This document shows, in pieces, positions 34,317-44,430 of a stretch of 64,000 nucleotides of DNA. The stretch is taken from NCBI GenBank assembly GCA_024239035.1, contig JANBVK010000001.1, positions 171,010 through 235,009 on the forward strand, given 5' to 3'. The number at the start of each line of letters is the position of its first letter. Position 1 is the stretch's first letter. The translations under genes and the position numbers were made by a program. Below the pieces are notes generated by a model. It was not told where the DNA came from and did no database searches. It saw nothing but the letters and a program-made list of their open reading frames with translations. The DNA comes from Patescibacteria group bacterium. GTDB taxonomy: Bacteria > Patescibacteriota > Minisyncoccia > UBA6257 > GWB1-50-10.

Positions 34317-36827
34317 TTATAATACTTTCCTTAAGTACTCTCCCGTAAAACTTCCGGCCCTTTTTGAAACGCTTTCCGGAGTACCAATGGCCACTACCTC
34401 ACCACCCCCATCTCCTCCTTCGGGCCCTAAATCAATAACCCAATCCGCAGTCTTTATAACATCAAGATTATGCTCAATTACAACCACCGTATTCCCGCGA
34501 CCAACCAATCGCTGAAGCACCTTAAGAAGATTTTCAACGTCAGCAAAGTGAAGTCCGGTCGTCGGCTCATCTAGCAAATAGAGAGTTCTCCTCGTATCAC
34601 GTTTCCCCAGTTCAGCTGAAATCTTAACTCGCTGAGCCTCCCCCCCCGAGAGCGTCGTTGCCGACTGGCCCAATCCTAAATATCCCAAACCAACTTCGTC
34701 TAAAATTTTTAGGCGGTCATGAAGCCACGGAATATCTTTAAAAAATCGCGCCGCCTCCTCAATAGTCATCTGCAGCACCTCATAAATATTTTTACCATTA
34801 TACTTCACCTCTAAAGTTTCCCGATCAAAACGCTTTGCCTTACACACGTCACATTCAATATAGACGGTCGGCAAAAAATGCATCTCAATCGCAATCGTCC
34901 CATGCCCTCTGCAATTTTCACATCTCCCGCCCTTCACGTTGAAACTAAATCTCCCTGGTTTATAACCGCGAACTCTGGCATTTTCTGTAGCGGCAAAGAG
35001 ATCTCGAATATATGTCCATGCCCCAACGTAGGTTGCGGGGTTTGAACGCGGCGTTCTCCCGATCGGCGATTGATTAATGTTCACCACGCGATTTACATAC
35101 TCAAGTCCTAACATCGCCTTATGCAATCCGGCTTTATAATTTGCGCCGTTCCATTTATTAGCAAGTGCTTTATAGAGAACGTCATATACGAACGTGCTCT
35201 TACCGGAGCCGGAAACGCCTGTTACCGCCGTAAGACGTCTTAGAGGAATTTGGATATCAATGTTTTTAAGATTGTTCGCCGTCATTCCTTTAATTTTTAA
35301 AAAGTCGTGATTTTTCGTAACGTTGCGACGCGTCTTCGGGACTCCTATGAATGTCTTTCCTTTTAAATAATCAATGGTTAATGAGGAAATTTTCTTATTC
35401 TCCAGGATATCAGGGATAGGGCCCGCAGCAACTATTTTCCCGCCATGCACGCCGGCTTTAGGGCCAATATCTACCAAATAATCCGCTGATCTAATTGTTT
35501 CTTCGTCGTGCTCGACAACGATGATGGTATTACCCAAATCCCGCAGATCGTGAAGCGTCTTGATAAGCTTTGCATTATCCCGTTGATGGAGACCGATAGT
35601 TGGCTCGTCTAAGATATAAATCGTGCCGGTGAGCCGCGACCCAATCTGCGATGCAAGTCTTATCCGCTGCGCCTCGCCGCCCGAGAGTGTTCTAGTCTTG
35701 CGATCAAGGGTGAGATACTCAAGCCCCACGTCATTCATAAACTTAAGACGATTTTTTATTTCTCGGATCGGAGCTTCAGCGACTACTGAGTTAAGACTTT
35801 GTGATTTCTCTAGATTATTGAAAAATTCAAATACTTCTCCGATTGATAAAGCTGTTACCGCGGCAATATTTTTACCGTCTATCAAGACGCTCAAAGCTTC
35901 TTCCTTAAGTCTTTTCCCAAAACAAGTCTTACAAATTTTTTCTGACCATGCGTGTTCGGTGCCTAATCCATGGCATTCTTCACAGGCCCCATAAGGACTA
36001 TTAAAAGAAAAGAGACGCGGCTCAATCTCGGGAAACGAAAAGCCGTCGTGAGGACAAGTAAACTTAGCTGAAAGCGATGTTTCTTTATCGGCGATAATCG
36101 TCACCACGTCGTTCCCATACTTAAGCGCCGCCTCAACCGCCTCGGCAAGCCTCAGTCGGTTATCCTTATCTTTCATAAGAAGACCGCTCGGCAAACGGTC
36201 GATAACAAGTTCAATGGTGTGTCGCCCATAACGGCTCAAATCTATCTTATCGCGAAGTGAGTAATACGTGCCGTCAATCCGAACCTCAGAAAATCCAGCA
36301 TTTAAAAAATCATATAAAAGTTGATAGTATTCTCCTTTTCTCCCCCGAACCGCCGGCGCTAAAACTACCAGATTTCCATCCGACTTCCGTCTCTTATATA
36401 ATTGCACTACCGCATCAACAATTTCTTCACTCGTCATCTTTCGAATCTCCCTACCGCACTTCGGGCAATGTGGTTTTCCTCCTCTGGCAAAAAGCACCCG
36501 CAGATAGTCGTATATCTCGGTGATGGTTGCAACTGTTGAACGGGGATTCGACGTGTGACTTTTTTGATCGATTGAAATCGCGGGTGATAAACCCTCAATT
36601 TCATCAACGTCCGGTTTATCCAGTCGCCCTAAAAACTGCCTTGCGTAGGCTGAGAGTGACTCAATATATCGCCTCTGTCCCTCGGCAAAAATCGTATCAA
36701 ACGCCAAGCTCGACTTTCCTGACCCTGAAAGCCCGGTAAACACAATCATTTTGTTCCGCGGAAGCTCTAAATTTATATTTTTTAGATTATGCTCCCTCGC
36801 TCCTTTGATACGTATAAATTCACTCAT
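34317..36827 (-). CDS. uvrA: Excinuclease ABC subunit A
   Basis: 836 aa with two ABC modules, each carrying the LSGGEAQRIRLA/LSGGEAQRVKIS signature, and the zinc-finger Cys pairs. Confidence 0.9.
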   Translation of the reverse strand: MSEFIRIKGAREHNLKNINLELPRNKMIVFTGLSGSGKSSLAFDTIFAEGQRRYIESLSAYARQFLGRLDKPDVDEIEGLSPAISIDQKSHTSNPRSTVATITEIYDYLRVLFARGGKPHCPKCGREIRKMTSEEIVDAVVQLYKRRKSDGNLVVLAPAVRGRKGEYYQLLYDFLNAGFSEVRIDGTYYSLRDKIDLSRYGRHTIELVIDRLPSGLLMKDKDNRLRLAEAVEAALKYGNDVVTIIADKETSLSAKFTCPHDGFSFPEIEPRLFSFNSPYGACEECHGLGTEHAWSEKICKTCFGKRLKEEALSVLIDGKNIAAVTALSIGEVFEFFNNLEKSQSLNSVVAEAPIREIKNRLKFMNDVGLEYLTLDRKTRTLSGGEAQRIRLASQIGSRLTGTIYILDEPTIGLHQRDNAKLIKTLHDLRDLGNTIIVVEHDEETIRSADYLVDIGPKAGVHGGKIVAAGPIPDILENKKISSLTIDYLKGKTFIGVPKTRRNVTKNHDFLKIKGMTANNLKNIDIQIPLRRLTAVTGVSGSGKSTFVYDVLYKALANKWNGANYKAGLHKAMLGLEYVNRVVNINQSPIGRTPRSNPATYVGAWTYIRDLFAATENARVRGYKPGRFSFNVKGGRCENCRGHGTIAIEMHFLPTVYIECDVCKAKRFDRETLEVKYNGKNIYEVLQMTIEEAARFFKDIPWLHDRLKILDEVGLGYLGLGQSATTLSGGEAQRVKISAELGKRDTRRTLYLLDEPTTGLHFADVENLLKVLQRLVGRGNTVVVIEHNLDVIKTADWVIDLGPEGGDGGGEVVAIGTPESVSKRAGSFTGEYLRKVL

Positions 36828-38848
36828 GTTTTTGAAATTGCTTTGATATTAATTTTCTTGCTTAACACTCTGACTTCATCCCTCAAAATCGCTGCGAGTT
36901 CAAAATCTAAACGTTCTGCGGCCTCTTTCATCTCTTTCTCCTTTTTATTAAGAAGTTCGCGAATAGCTGTGCGCGACCTCGGCAGCGGTTTCGTCTCTAG
37001 TTCCAAAATATCCTCAACTGGAATGATGTCGCTGATTTTCTTAACAATTGTCTTTGGTGTAATTCCGTGTTTCTTATTATATGTAATCTGCAACTTACGC
37101 CGCCGATCGGTTTCATCTATTGCGCGTTTCACCGAACCGGTAATTTGGTCAGCATACATTATTACCTCACCCCGAACATTTCGTGCCGCCCGACCAATAG
37201 TTTGGACAAGAGATGTCTCACTCCTTAAAAATCCTTCTTTGTCAGCATCTAAAATCGCCACCAGAGATACTTCCGGCAAATCAAGCCCTTCCCGTAAAAG
37301 ATTTACTCCCACAAGCACGTCAAATCCGCCGGACTTAGCGGATCCTTTTCTTAAATTTGTTAAAATCTTTATGCGATCCAGAGTCTTCACATCACTGTGG
37401 AGGTAAGTAACCTTAATCTCCCGCTCCTCAAGATAGTTAGATAAATCCTCTGCCATACGTTTAGTGAGCGTTGTTACAAGCACTCTTTCTTTTATTTTCA
37501 CACGCTCTTCAATGCGCGGAATTAAATCATCAACTTGGCCGCGTGCGGGACAAATTGTTATCTTTGGGTCAACAAGGCCGGTCGGCCGAATAACCTGTTC
37601 TACAACCCCTCGACTTCGCTCAGGGTAAGTTTGCCCACTCTTCCTCAGTTCATACGGGCCGGGTGTTGCTGAGGTATAGATAACCTGCCCAATCCGATTC
37701 TCAAATTCATGAAATTTAAGTGGCCGGTTATCAGCAGCAGACGGCAATCTAAATCCATACTCAATAAGAGTTTTCTTCCGTGATGCGTCACCTTCAGACA
37801 TACCGTTCAACTGCGGAACGGTGACGTGCGACTCGTCAATCACAGTCAAGAAATCACCGTTATAGTAGTCCAGGAGCGTTGCAGGCGGTTCACCAGGGGC
37901 GCGGCCCGAGAGGTGACGTGAATAGTTCTCAATACCGTTGCAATACCCAATCTCTCGAAGCATTGAGAGATCCGCTCTTGTGCGACGCTCAAGCCGTTCA
38001 ACTTCAAGATATTTTTTTTCTTTCTCAAAATATTTCAATTGATTACTTAGTTCCTCTCTAATCACATTAAGAGCTCTTTCACGTTCTGGGCGCGGGGTTA
38101 TGAAATGTTTGGCAGGAGCAACGTAAACTTCTGAAAGTGTAGGAGTATTACCCGGTTGAAATCCCTTCACGGGATCTACTTCATAAATTTTTAGAATAGT
38201 ATCACTTCTTACCTCAAAATTATAAATAACTTCTCTATCCGGCGGCATAATTTCCCAGTTATCGCCTCGCAAGCGAAAAGTCCCTCTCTTCAAGTCAGCG
38301 TTCGTTCTTATAAATTGAAGTTCAATAAGTTTACGAGTAAATGCCTTACGATTAATAATGTCTCCTACTTTTAAGTGAAAAATATTCCGGGCATACACCT
38401 CGGGTGATCCCAAACCATAAATACATGAGACCGAGGCAACAACGATTACATCTTGACGCGTAAGTAAAGCCATTGTTGCCGCATGTCGAAGCTTGTCAAT
38501 TTCATCGTTAATCATCGCCTCCTTGCCTATGTAAGTGTCTGTATTAGGAAGATACGCCTCTGGTTGGTAATAATCATAGTAGGAAACAAAATAGTGCACG
38601 GCATTCTGAGGGAAAAGCTCACGAAATTCGTTGCAAAGTTGTGCCGCAAGAGTCTTGTTATGCGCAATAACAAGCGTAGGTTTATTCACTTTCTCAATTA
38701 CATTGGCAACCGTAAACGTCTTCCCGGAACCAGTAACCCCCAAAAGTGTCTGGTGCTTAAAGTTTTTCCCTAAACCCGAAACAAGCGCCTTTATCGCTTT
38801 AGGTTGATCCCCAGATGGTTTAAATTGAGAAGAAAGATTAAATCTCAT
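36824..38848 (-). CDS. uvrB: Excinuclease ABC subunit B
   Basis: 674 aa with the helicase motifs GVTGSGKT and DESH, and a C-terminal UvrB/UvrC interaction helix. Its stop shares an ATGA overlap with the uvrA start. Confidence 0.9.
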   Translation of the reverse strand: MRFNLSSQFKPSGDQPKAIKALVSGLGKNFKHQTLLGVTGSGKTFTVANVIEKVNKPTLVIAHNKTLAAQLCNEFRELFPQNAVHYFVSYYDYYQPEAYLPNTDTYIGKEAMINDEIDKLRHAATMALLTRQDVIVVASVSCIYGLGSPEVYARNIFHLKVGDIINRKAFTRKLIELQFIRTNADLKRGTFRLRGDNWEIMPPDREVIYNFEVRSDTILKIYEVDPVKGFQPGNTPTLSEVYVAPAKHFITPRPERERALNVIREELSNQLKYFEKEKKYLEVERLERRTRADLSMLREIGYCNGIENYSRHLSGRAPGEPPATLLDYYNGDFLTVIDESHVTVPQLNGMSEGDASRKKTLIEYGFRLPSAADNRPLKFHEFENRIGQVIYTSATPGPYELRKSGQTYPERSRGVVEQVIRPTGLVDPKITICPARGQVDDLIPRIEERVKIKERVLVTTLTKRMAEDLSNYLEEREIKVTYLHSDVKTLDRIKILTNLRKGSAKSGGFDVLVGVNLLREGLDLPEVSLVAILDADKEGFLRSETSLVQTIGRAARNVRGEVIMYADQITGSVKRAIDETDRRRKLQITYNKKHGITPKTIVKKISDIIPVEDILELETKPLPRSRTAIRELLNKKEKEMKEAAERLDFELAAILRDEVRVLSKKINIKAISKT

Positions 38849-39045
38849 TATGTTTGAAGTAAAACTTGTAGAAATCGAGTTAAATAAATCGCAGTTCTAC
38901 TACTCGATCATGACGAACACGCAAAGACCCCCCGAAACAAGACTATAGGGGGACATATACGCCAAGTTTAGTTTCTAATACCCGAGAAGTCAATGAAAGA
39001 AGCCCGCCAAACTTCTGACGGACTTAAAACATTAGACAAGACTGG

Positions 39046-39627
39046 TTAGCCCTCCCTAACTACTTCTGCTTTCCCTGGCATATAAGATTTCAATAAACGT
39101 CTCACAATTAAAACGGATACAAATGCTATTACCACAGCTCCTAAAATATCGCTTAGCCAATGAATACCGACAAACACTCTAGCCAAACTGTTCAAGGCTG
39201 AAAATCCTAAAAACCACCACCCCCAACGTCTTCCGTCAAAGGCGGAAAAGTAAAATATTGCTATTGATAGAGCGAAGAAAAATGCGGCATGACCCGACGG
39301 GAAAGAAGGATTAATATCCAGAATTAGTGGATTAAAATCTAAAACCTCAAAAGGTCTTGATCTATCATAAAAGAAACGGATCACCTCCGTAATAATGCCC
39401 CGCGAAAGAATAACGCTTAGCGCCAACGTTACAAAAACAAAAATTTTCTCTCTCAGGGGTTTTATGCGAAAAACAAAAATAAGAGCAACGATTACCAAAA
39501 TATATGGAAGGTGCTTAGCAAAAAAAATGGCCAAGCTGTCTAAAAAATACAACCGGCCGGCCAAAGAATGGATGATTTGAAAGAAAAAAAGATCCATACC
39601 AAATTTACTTGTGAGCAAAGCGAACAA
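39046..39627 (-). CDS. PAP2 family membrane phosphatase
   Basis: 193 aa with the PAP2 motifs RSRPF, PSGHAAF and ARVFVGIHWLSD. Confidence 0.75.
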   Translation of the reverse strand: MFALLTSKFGMDLFFFQIIHSLAGRLYFLDSLAIFFAKHLPYILVIVALIFVFRIKPLREKIFVFVTLALSVILSRGIITEVIRFFYDRSRPFEVLDFNPLILDINPSFPSGHAAFFFALSIAIFYFSAFDGRRWGWWFLGFSALNSLARVFVGIHWLSDILGAVVIAFVSVLIVRRLLKSYMPGKAEVVREG

Positions 39628-39647
39628 TCATAGATTAGACAAAACCC

Positions 39648-39848
39648 CTACTTCCTAACAAACGGTAATAGACCCATTATTCTCGCGCGCTTTATGGCTC
39701 GAGCCAGCTGGCGCTGGTGTTTTGCGCACACCCCCGTATGCCGTGGGTCAATAATCTTTGCCTGACTTGAAATATATCGTTTCAAAATATCAATGTCCCG
39801 ATAATCTATCGCTTTAACATTTTTAGAACAAAAATTACACTGTTTCAT
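39648..39848 (-). CDS. rpsR: 30S ribosomal protein S18
   Basis: 66 aa; [41 protein letters not shown] is typical bS18. It sits in the rpsF-ssb-rpsR order. Confidence 0.85.
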   Translation of the reverse strand: MKQCNFCSKNVKAIDYRDIDILKRYISSQAKIIDPRHTGVCAKHQRQLARAIKRARIMGLLPFVRK

Positions 39849-39879
39849 GCTGATAAGGTTTACTATCAGAGCAATCTCT

Positions 39880-40329
39880 TCAGAACTGTATATCCTCGGG
39901 TTTTATATCGTTATCATCAATATTAATCTCGGGTAAACTATCTTTTTCTCCGCCCTGATTTTGGGGAGAAGGAGTTCCTTGAGAAGGAATGTTCGCACCG
40001 GCCGACCGCGGCCCAAATTGAACTCGCTCGCAGATAACTTCTGTAGTTCTCCTATTTTGACCTTGATTATCCTGCCAGGTCCGGGTTTGCATTCGGCCTT
40101 CAATCATCGCCAAGCTGCCTTTTTTTAAAAACTGATTAACAATCTCTGCTTGGCGTCCCCATACCACCACATTATGAAATTGAACGTCTTCCTGGCGCTG
40201 ACCCGTTTTATTGGTCCAAACTCTGTTCGTAGCGAGCGATATAGTTGCCACTGACTGACCCGCCGGAGTAGTCCGTAGCTGCGGATCCCCCGTGAGACGC
40301 CCAATTAAAAATACTTTATTGAAATTCAT
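39880..40329 (-). CDS. ssb: Single-stranded DNA-binding protein
   Basis: 149 aa with an OB-fold N-terminus ([28 protein letters not shown]) and an acidic C-terminal tail ending DIQF. Confidence 0.85.
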   Translation of the reverse strand: MNFNKVFLIGRLTGDPQLRTTPAGQSVATISLATNRVWTNKTGQRQEDVQFHNVVVWGRQAEIVNQFLKKGSLAMIEGRMQTRTWQDNQGQNRRTTEVICERVQFGPRSAGANIPSQGTPSPQNQGGEKDSLPEINIDDNDIKPEDIQF

Positions 40330-40334
40330 GAAAA

Positions 40335-40739
40335 CTATTGCGATATTTCTTCAATCTTCTTCTCAAGATCTTCGTTTGTTAAAACCGGCTCTAAAGACTT
40401 TCTGGTCTCAGCCTTTAGAGGTTCTCTTCTACTAATTGGTACAGCACGGGTTAATTTTCTCTCTCCTCTCTTCTCCACTTCACTGGTCTTAATCTTATTG
40501 ATCATGTAACGAATTATATTCTCTGCTAATTTCATATCAGAAAACATATTTCTTATATGTTCAGGATCAACCTTAAATCTAAAAACCCCTAAAAAACCAT
40601 AATTTTGCTTCTTTATGGGATATGATAAACGAACCTTTTTAAGTTCTTCTTCACCTACAATATCCGCTTTATTTTTTTCTAGAATCTTTCTTATCTCGGA
40701 TAAATCCTCCTGTCTCAAAACAAATGCGATCTCATACAT
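40335..40739 (-). CDS. rpsF: 30S ribosomal protein S6
   Basis: 134 aa. MYEIAFVLRQ is a typical bS6 start, and the gene sits upstream of ssb and rpsR. Confidence 0.7.
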   Translation of the reverse strand: MYEIAFVLRQEDLSEIRKILEKNKADIVGEEELKKVRLSYPIKKQNYGFLGVFRFKVDPEHIRNMFSDMKLAENIIRYMINKIKTSEVEKRGERKLTRAVPISRREPLKAETRKSLEPVLTNEDLEKKIEEISQ

Positions 40740-40789
40740 AATTCCTAAAATCTATCAATATTTTGTTCTAAAGTCAATTAGAAAAAATA

Positions 40790-43700
40790 TTAGGGGGTTC
40801 CTATCTCCTGAGGTTGTGGGATTAAATCGTCCTCACCCTCACTATCGGTAACTGGGGGATAAAACGTTTTCTTAAGCGTTTCCAGCTCATCCTCGGGAAT
40901 TCCCCGGTATCCGGTGCCAACAGGAATTAGTTTTCCAATGATAACGTTCTCTTTGAGCCCCCGGAGAATATCAGTCTTGCCGGCAACTGCAGCGTTCACT
41001 AACACTCTACTTGTCTCCTGAAAAGACGCCGCTGAAAGAAAACTCTCAGTGGTAAGAGATGTCCTTGTGATACCCAAAATTAATTGGGTACCTTTGGCAA
41101 CGGCTTTCCCTGTTTTTTTCACTTCTTGATTAACTTGCTTAAATTTAGATTTCTCAACCACGTCGCCAACCATAAAATCGGTATCCCCTGAGTCCTTAAT
41201 AAGTATCCGCGATAACATTTGGCGGACAATGATTTCTATGTGTTTATCGTTAATAGAAGTGCCCTCCGGAACGTAAATTTTCTGAACTTCATTTACAATA
41301 TAATGTTTCACGGCTTCAATGTCTCTATACATTAGAAGCTCCTTTAAATCCAAAGGCCCCTCACTAAGCGGCTGTCCCTTTACAACCATATCCCCTTCTT
41401 TAACATTTAAGTTAACGCCCGAGGGAACTGAATACTCGGAAATAGATTTTTTACTGTCTTTATCTTTTAGAGCAGTTTCCTTAACTTTAACAACTCGGGT
41501 AAGGCCTTGATCTTCAATAGATGCCACCCGACCATCAGCTTTGGCAATAAAAGCTTTTCCTTTAGGTGGTCTCGCTTCAAATATTTCCTCAACCCGGGGT
41601 AAACCGGCAGTAATATCAACTCCAGCTACTCCGCCTATGTGAAAAGTTCGCAGAGTAAGCTGTGTCCCCGGCTCGCCAATTGACTGGGCAGCAATGATAC
41701 CAACAGCCTCGCCTTTATTAATTAACTTTTCTGTAGAGAGATCCCAACCGTAACAAGTTGAACAAATGCCATAAAGGGTTTTACAAGTTATAGGGGAACG
41801 AACTTTTACCATCTCTATTTTTAAATCCTTTATCTCTTTAGCTTTCTCTCGACTAATAATCTCACCCGCTTTGACGATAATCTTACGACCGACTTTTACA
41901 TCTTCAAGACTGGTCCGCGAATAAAGACGTTCTCTGAAAGAATAACTGTATTCGTCTCCTTCGCTCTTTACTATTTCCATTCCTCGGCGAGTCTTGCAAT
42001 CAACCTCTTTAATAATCAAGTCTTGGGCAACATCCACTAAACGACGGGTAAGATATCCAGCCGAAGCGGTCTTTAAGGCAGTGTCAGTTGAGCCTTTCCG
42101 GGCGCCGTGAGTAGAAATAAAATATTCCAAAATTTTCAACCCCTCTTTGTATGACGACTTAATTGGCAACTCAATTGTCTCGTTCTTTGGGTTGCTCACA
42201 AGCCCTTTCATCCCCATTATCTGGTGTGATTGAGCCCAACTACCCCGAGCGCCGGAATCAATGATGGCGTATATAGGATTATAAGAATCTAATATAACCC
42301 GGTCCCCTATTTCTCCTTTAATCCTGGTCCAAACGTTAATAATGTTTTCTTTTCTCTCTTTTTCAGTTAAAAGTCCTTCATTGAACTGACTCTCAATCAA
42401 AGACACCTCCTTGTTTCCTTTCAATATTATATCTTCTTTTTCCTTGGGTGAAACAGTATCACCCATGCCCAAGCTAATTGAAGAAAGGGTAGCATAAACA
42501 AACCCAAGATCTTTCACGCGATCAAGATACCTGTGGGCGAAGTCGACCCCATATCTATTAATAACTTGAGTAACCACCGAGGAAAGTGAACCTTTATTAA
42601 GGTGCTCATTAACAAAACCGAATCCCTCGGGTAAAGACCGATTAAAGATAAGGCGGCCATAAGAAGTTTCTATAAGTTTCCCTTCCTGGAAAATTTTTAT
42701 CTCTGCATTTAAATCCAAAAGTCCCGTTTCATAAGCAAGGGTAGCTTCAGTAAAACTTGAGAGTACCATTCCTTCGCCCCGGCTACCCGGTTTTATTTGA
42801 GTCAAATAGTAACAACCGAGCACCGTGTCTTGGGTGGGAGAAACAATTGGATCGCCGCTTGCTGGTTTTAGAAGATTCCGAGCTGCATCCATCAAATTTC
42901 TGGCCTCGTATTGAGACTCCACCGTAAGCGGTAGGTGAACAGCCATCTGATCACCATCAAAATCAGCATTAAAAGCAGCACAAACCAAAGGAGGTATCCT
43001 GATGGCTAAATCTTCAATCAAGAGCGGCTTAAAAGCTTGAATACCAAGTCGGTGGAGCGTCGGAGCACGATTTAAAAGTATTTTCTTATTAGCAATAACC
43101 TCTTCAAGAATGGCCCAAATATCAGACGTGCCCTGCTCGATTAAGCGGTTTGCTTGCTTAATATTATAAGCCAAACCCCGCCCAATGATTTTATTAATAA
43201 CGAAGGGTTTAAAAAGCTCGAGAGCTAAATTTTTGGGCAAGCCGCATTCGTTAAGTTTAAGCTGCGGTCCAACTACAATCACTGACCGGCCCGAATAATC
43301 CACTCTTTTACCGAGTAAATTCTGACGAAAACGACCTTGTTTACCTTTCAGCATATCTGCCAAAGATTTTAAGGGACGCCGCCTGGTTGAAAGTATCTGC
43401 GTTCCTAAACTAGGTGAATTATCAATAAGCGCATCAACGGCTTCCTGCAACATCCTTTTTTCGTTGGTGATAATTACTTCCGGGGCTTTAAGATCAGTAA
43501 GCTTTTTTAAACGGTTATTACGATTGATGACCCGACGATAGAGATCGTTTAAGTCAGCGGTGGCATACCTACCGCCGTCTAAAGCCACCATCGGTCTGAG
43601 TTCCGGAGGTAAGATCGGCAAAACTGTGAGAATCATCCATTCTGGTCTGATACCAGCTTTAATTAAGGAACGAACAAGTCTTAGTCGCTGCAGAATGCGC

Positions 43701-44428
43701 CGTATTTTATTGGCATCTCTCAGCTTTTCTAATTCTTGATAAAGTTCCTTTACAACTTTCTCTAAATCCATCTTTTCTAAAATTTTTCGCAAAGCTTCAG
43801 CCCCCCGATCAGCCTCAAAAACGTCGCCAAACAGCTTGGCTAAAGAGTAATATTCCTGCTCAGTTAAAATAAGTCCCGGTCGGAGCACGGACAAAATTTC
43901 CTCATGCCGCTCTTTTACCTCTTCTAAATCTTGGGTATCGCCTTTTTCTTTCTTTAAAGATTTAAACTCTCGTTTGAGCTTTTCCAGAACCCGAGTCTTA
44001 CTCTCTTCATTAACCGAGGTAACAATAAATGCCGCGTAGTAGAGAACTTTTTCAAGTTTGGGGACGGAAATATCAAAAAGTAGACTAAGTTTTGAAGGAA
44101 CCGTTTTTAAAAACCAGATATGGGCAACTGGTGTCGCGAGTGTTATATGACCCATCCGCTCGCGACGGACAACGGATCGAGTTACTTCAACTCCGCACTT
44201 TTCACAAGTAATTCCTTTATACCTGACTTTCTTATACTTGCCGCAGTAACATTCATAGTCTTTGGTGGGACCGAAAATACGCTCAGAAAACAAACCATCT
44301 TTCTCTGGTCTCTGGGTTCGATAATTCAGGGTTTCCGGTTTTATCACTTCTCCGTGAGACCACTTAACAATCTCCTCGGGTGATGCCACCCGTATGGAAA
44401 TAGATTTTAAATCTAGGCTTCTATTCAT
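40790..44428 (-). CDS. rpoC: DNA-directed RNA polymerase subunit beta prime
   Basis: 1212 aa with the zinc-binding CYCGKYKKVRYKGITCEKCGVEV, the catalytic NADFDGDQM and the remaining conserved beta-prime regions. Confidence 0.95.
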   Translation of the reverse strand: MNRSLDLKSISIRVASPEEIVKWSHGEVIKPETLNYRTQRPEKDGLFSERIFGPTKDYECYCGKYKKVRYKGITCEKCGVEVTRSVVRRERMGHITLATPVAHIWFLKTVPSKLSLLFDISVPKLEKVLYYAAFIVTSVNEESKTRVLEKLKREFKSLKKEKGDTQDLEEVKERHEEILSVLRPGLILTEQEYYSLAKLFGDVFEADRGAEALRKILEKMDLEKVVKELYQELEKLRDANKIRRILQRLRLVRSLIKAGIRPEWMILTVLPILPPELRPMVALDGGRYATADLNDLYRRVINRNNRLKKLTDLKAPEVIITNEKRMLQEAVDALIDNSPSLGTQILSTRRRPLKSLADMLKGKQGRFRQNLLGKRVDYSGRSVIVVGPQLKLNECGLPKNLALELFKPFVINKIIGRGLAYNIKQANRLIEQGTSDIWAILEEVIANKKILLNRAPTLHRLGIQAFKPLLIEDLAIRIPPLVCAAFNADFDGDQMAVHLPLTVESQYEARNLMDAARNLLKPASGDPIVSPTQDTVLGCYYLTQIKPGSRGEGMVLSSFTEATLAYETGLLDLNAEIKIFQEGKLIETSYGRLIFNRSLPEGFGFVNEHLNKGSLSSVVTQVINRYGVDFAHRYLDRVKDLGFVYATLSSISLGMGDTVSPKEKEDIILKGNKEVSLIESQFNEGLLTEKERKENIINVWTRIKGEIGDRVILDSYNPIYAIIDSGARGSWAQSHQIMGMKGLVSNPKNETIELPIKSSYKEGLKILEYFISTHGARKGSTDTALKTASAGYLTRRLVDVAQDLIIKEVDCKTRRGMEIVKSEGDEYSYSFRERLYSRTSLEDVKVGRKIIVKAGEIISREKAKEIKDLKIEMVKVRSPITCKTLYGICSTCYGWDLSTEKLINKGEAVGIIAAQSIGEPGTQLTLRTFHIGGVAGVDITAGLPRVEEIFEARPPKGKAFIAKADGRVASIEDQGLTRVVKVKETALKDKDSKKSISEYSVPSGVNLNVKEGDMVVKGQPLSEGPLDLKELLMYRDIEAVKHYIVNEVQKIYVPEGTSINDKHIEIIVRQMLSRILIKDSGDTDFMVGDVVEKSKFKQVNQEVKKTGKAVAKGTQLILGITRTSLTTESFLSAASFQETSRVLVNAAVAGKTDILRGLKENVIIGKLIPVGTGYRGIPEDELETLKKTFYPPVTDSEGEDDLIPQPQEIGTP

Positions 44429-44430
44429 AA

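Noticed and set aside
38849-39045. cccccg...ggggg inverted repeat upstream of uvrB, as a possible terminator of the PAP2 gene.
   Set aside because: It has only a 5-6-bp stem with a 14-nt loop and no T-run. That is too weak to call.
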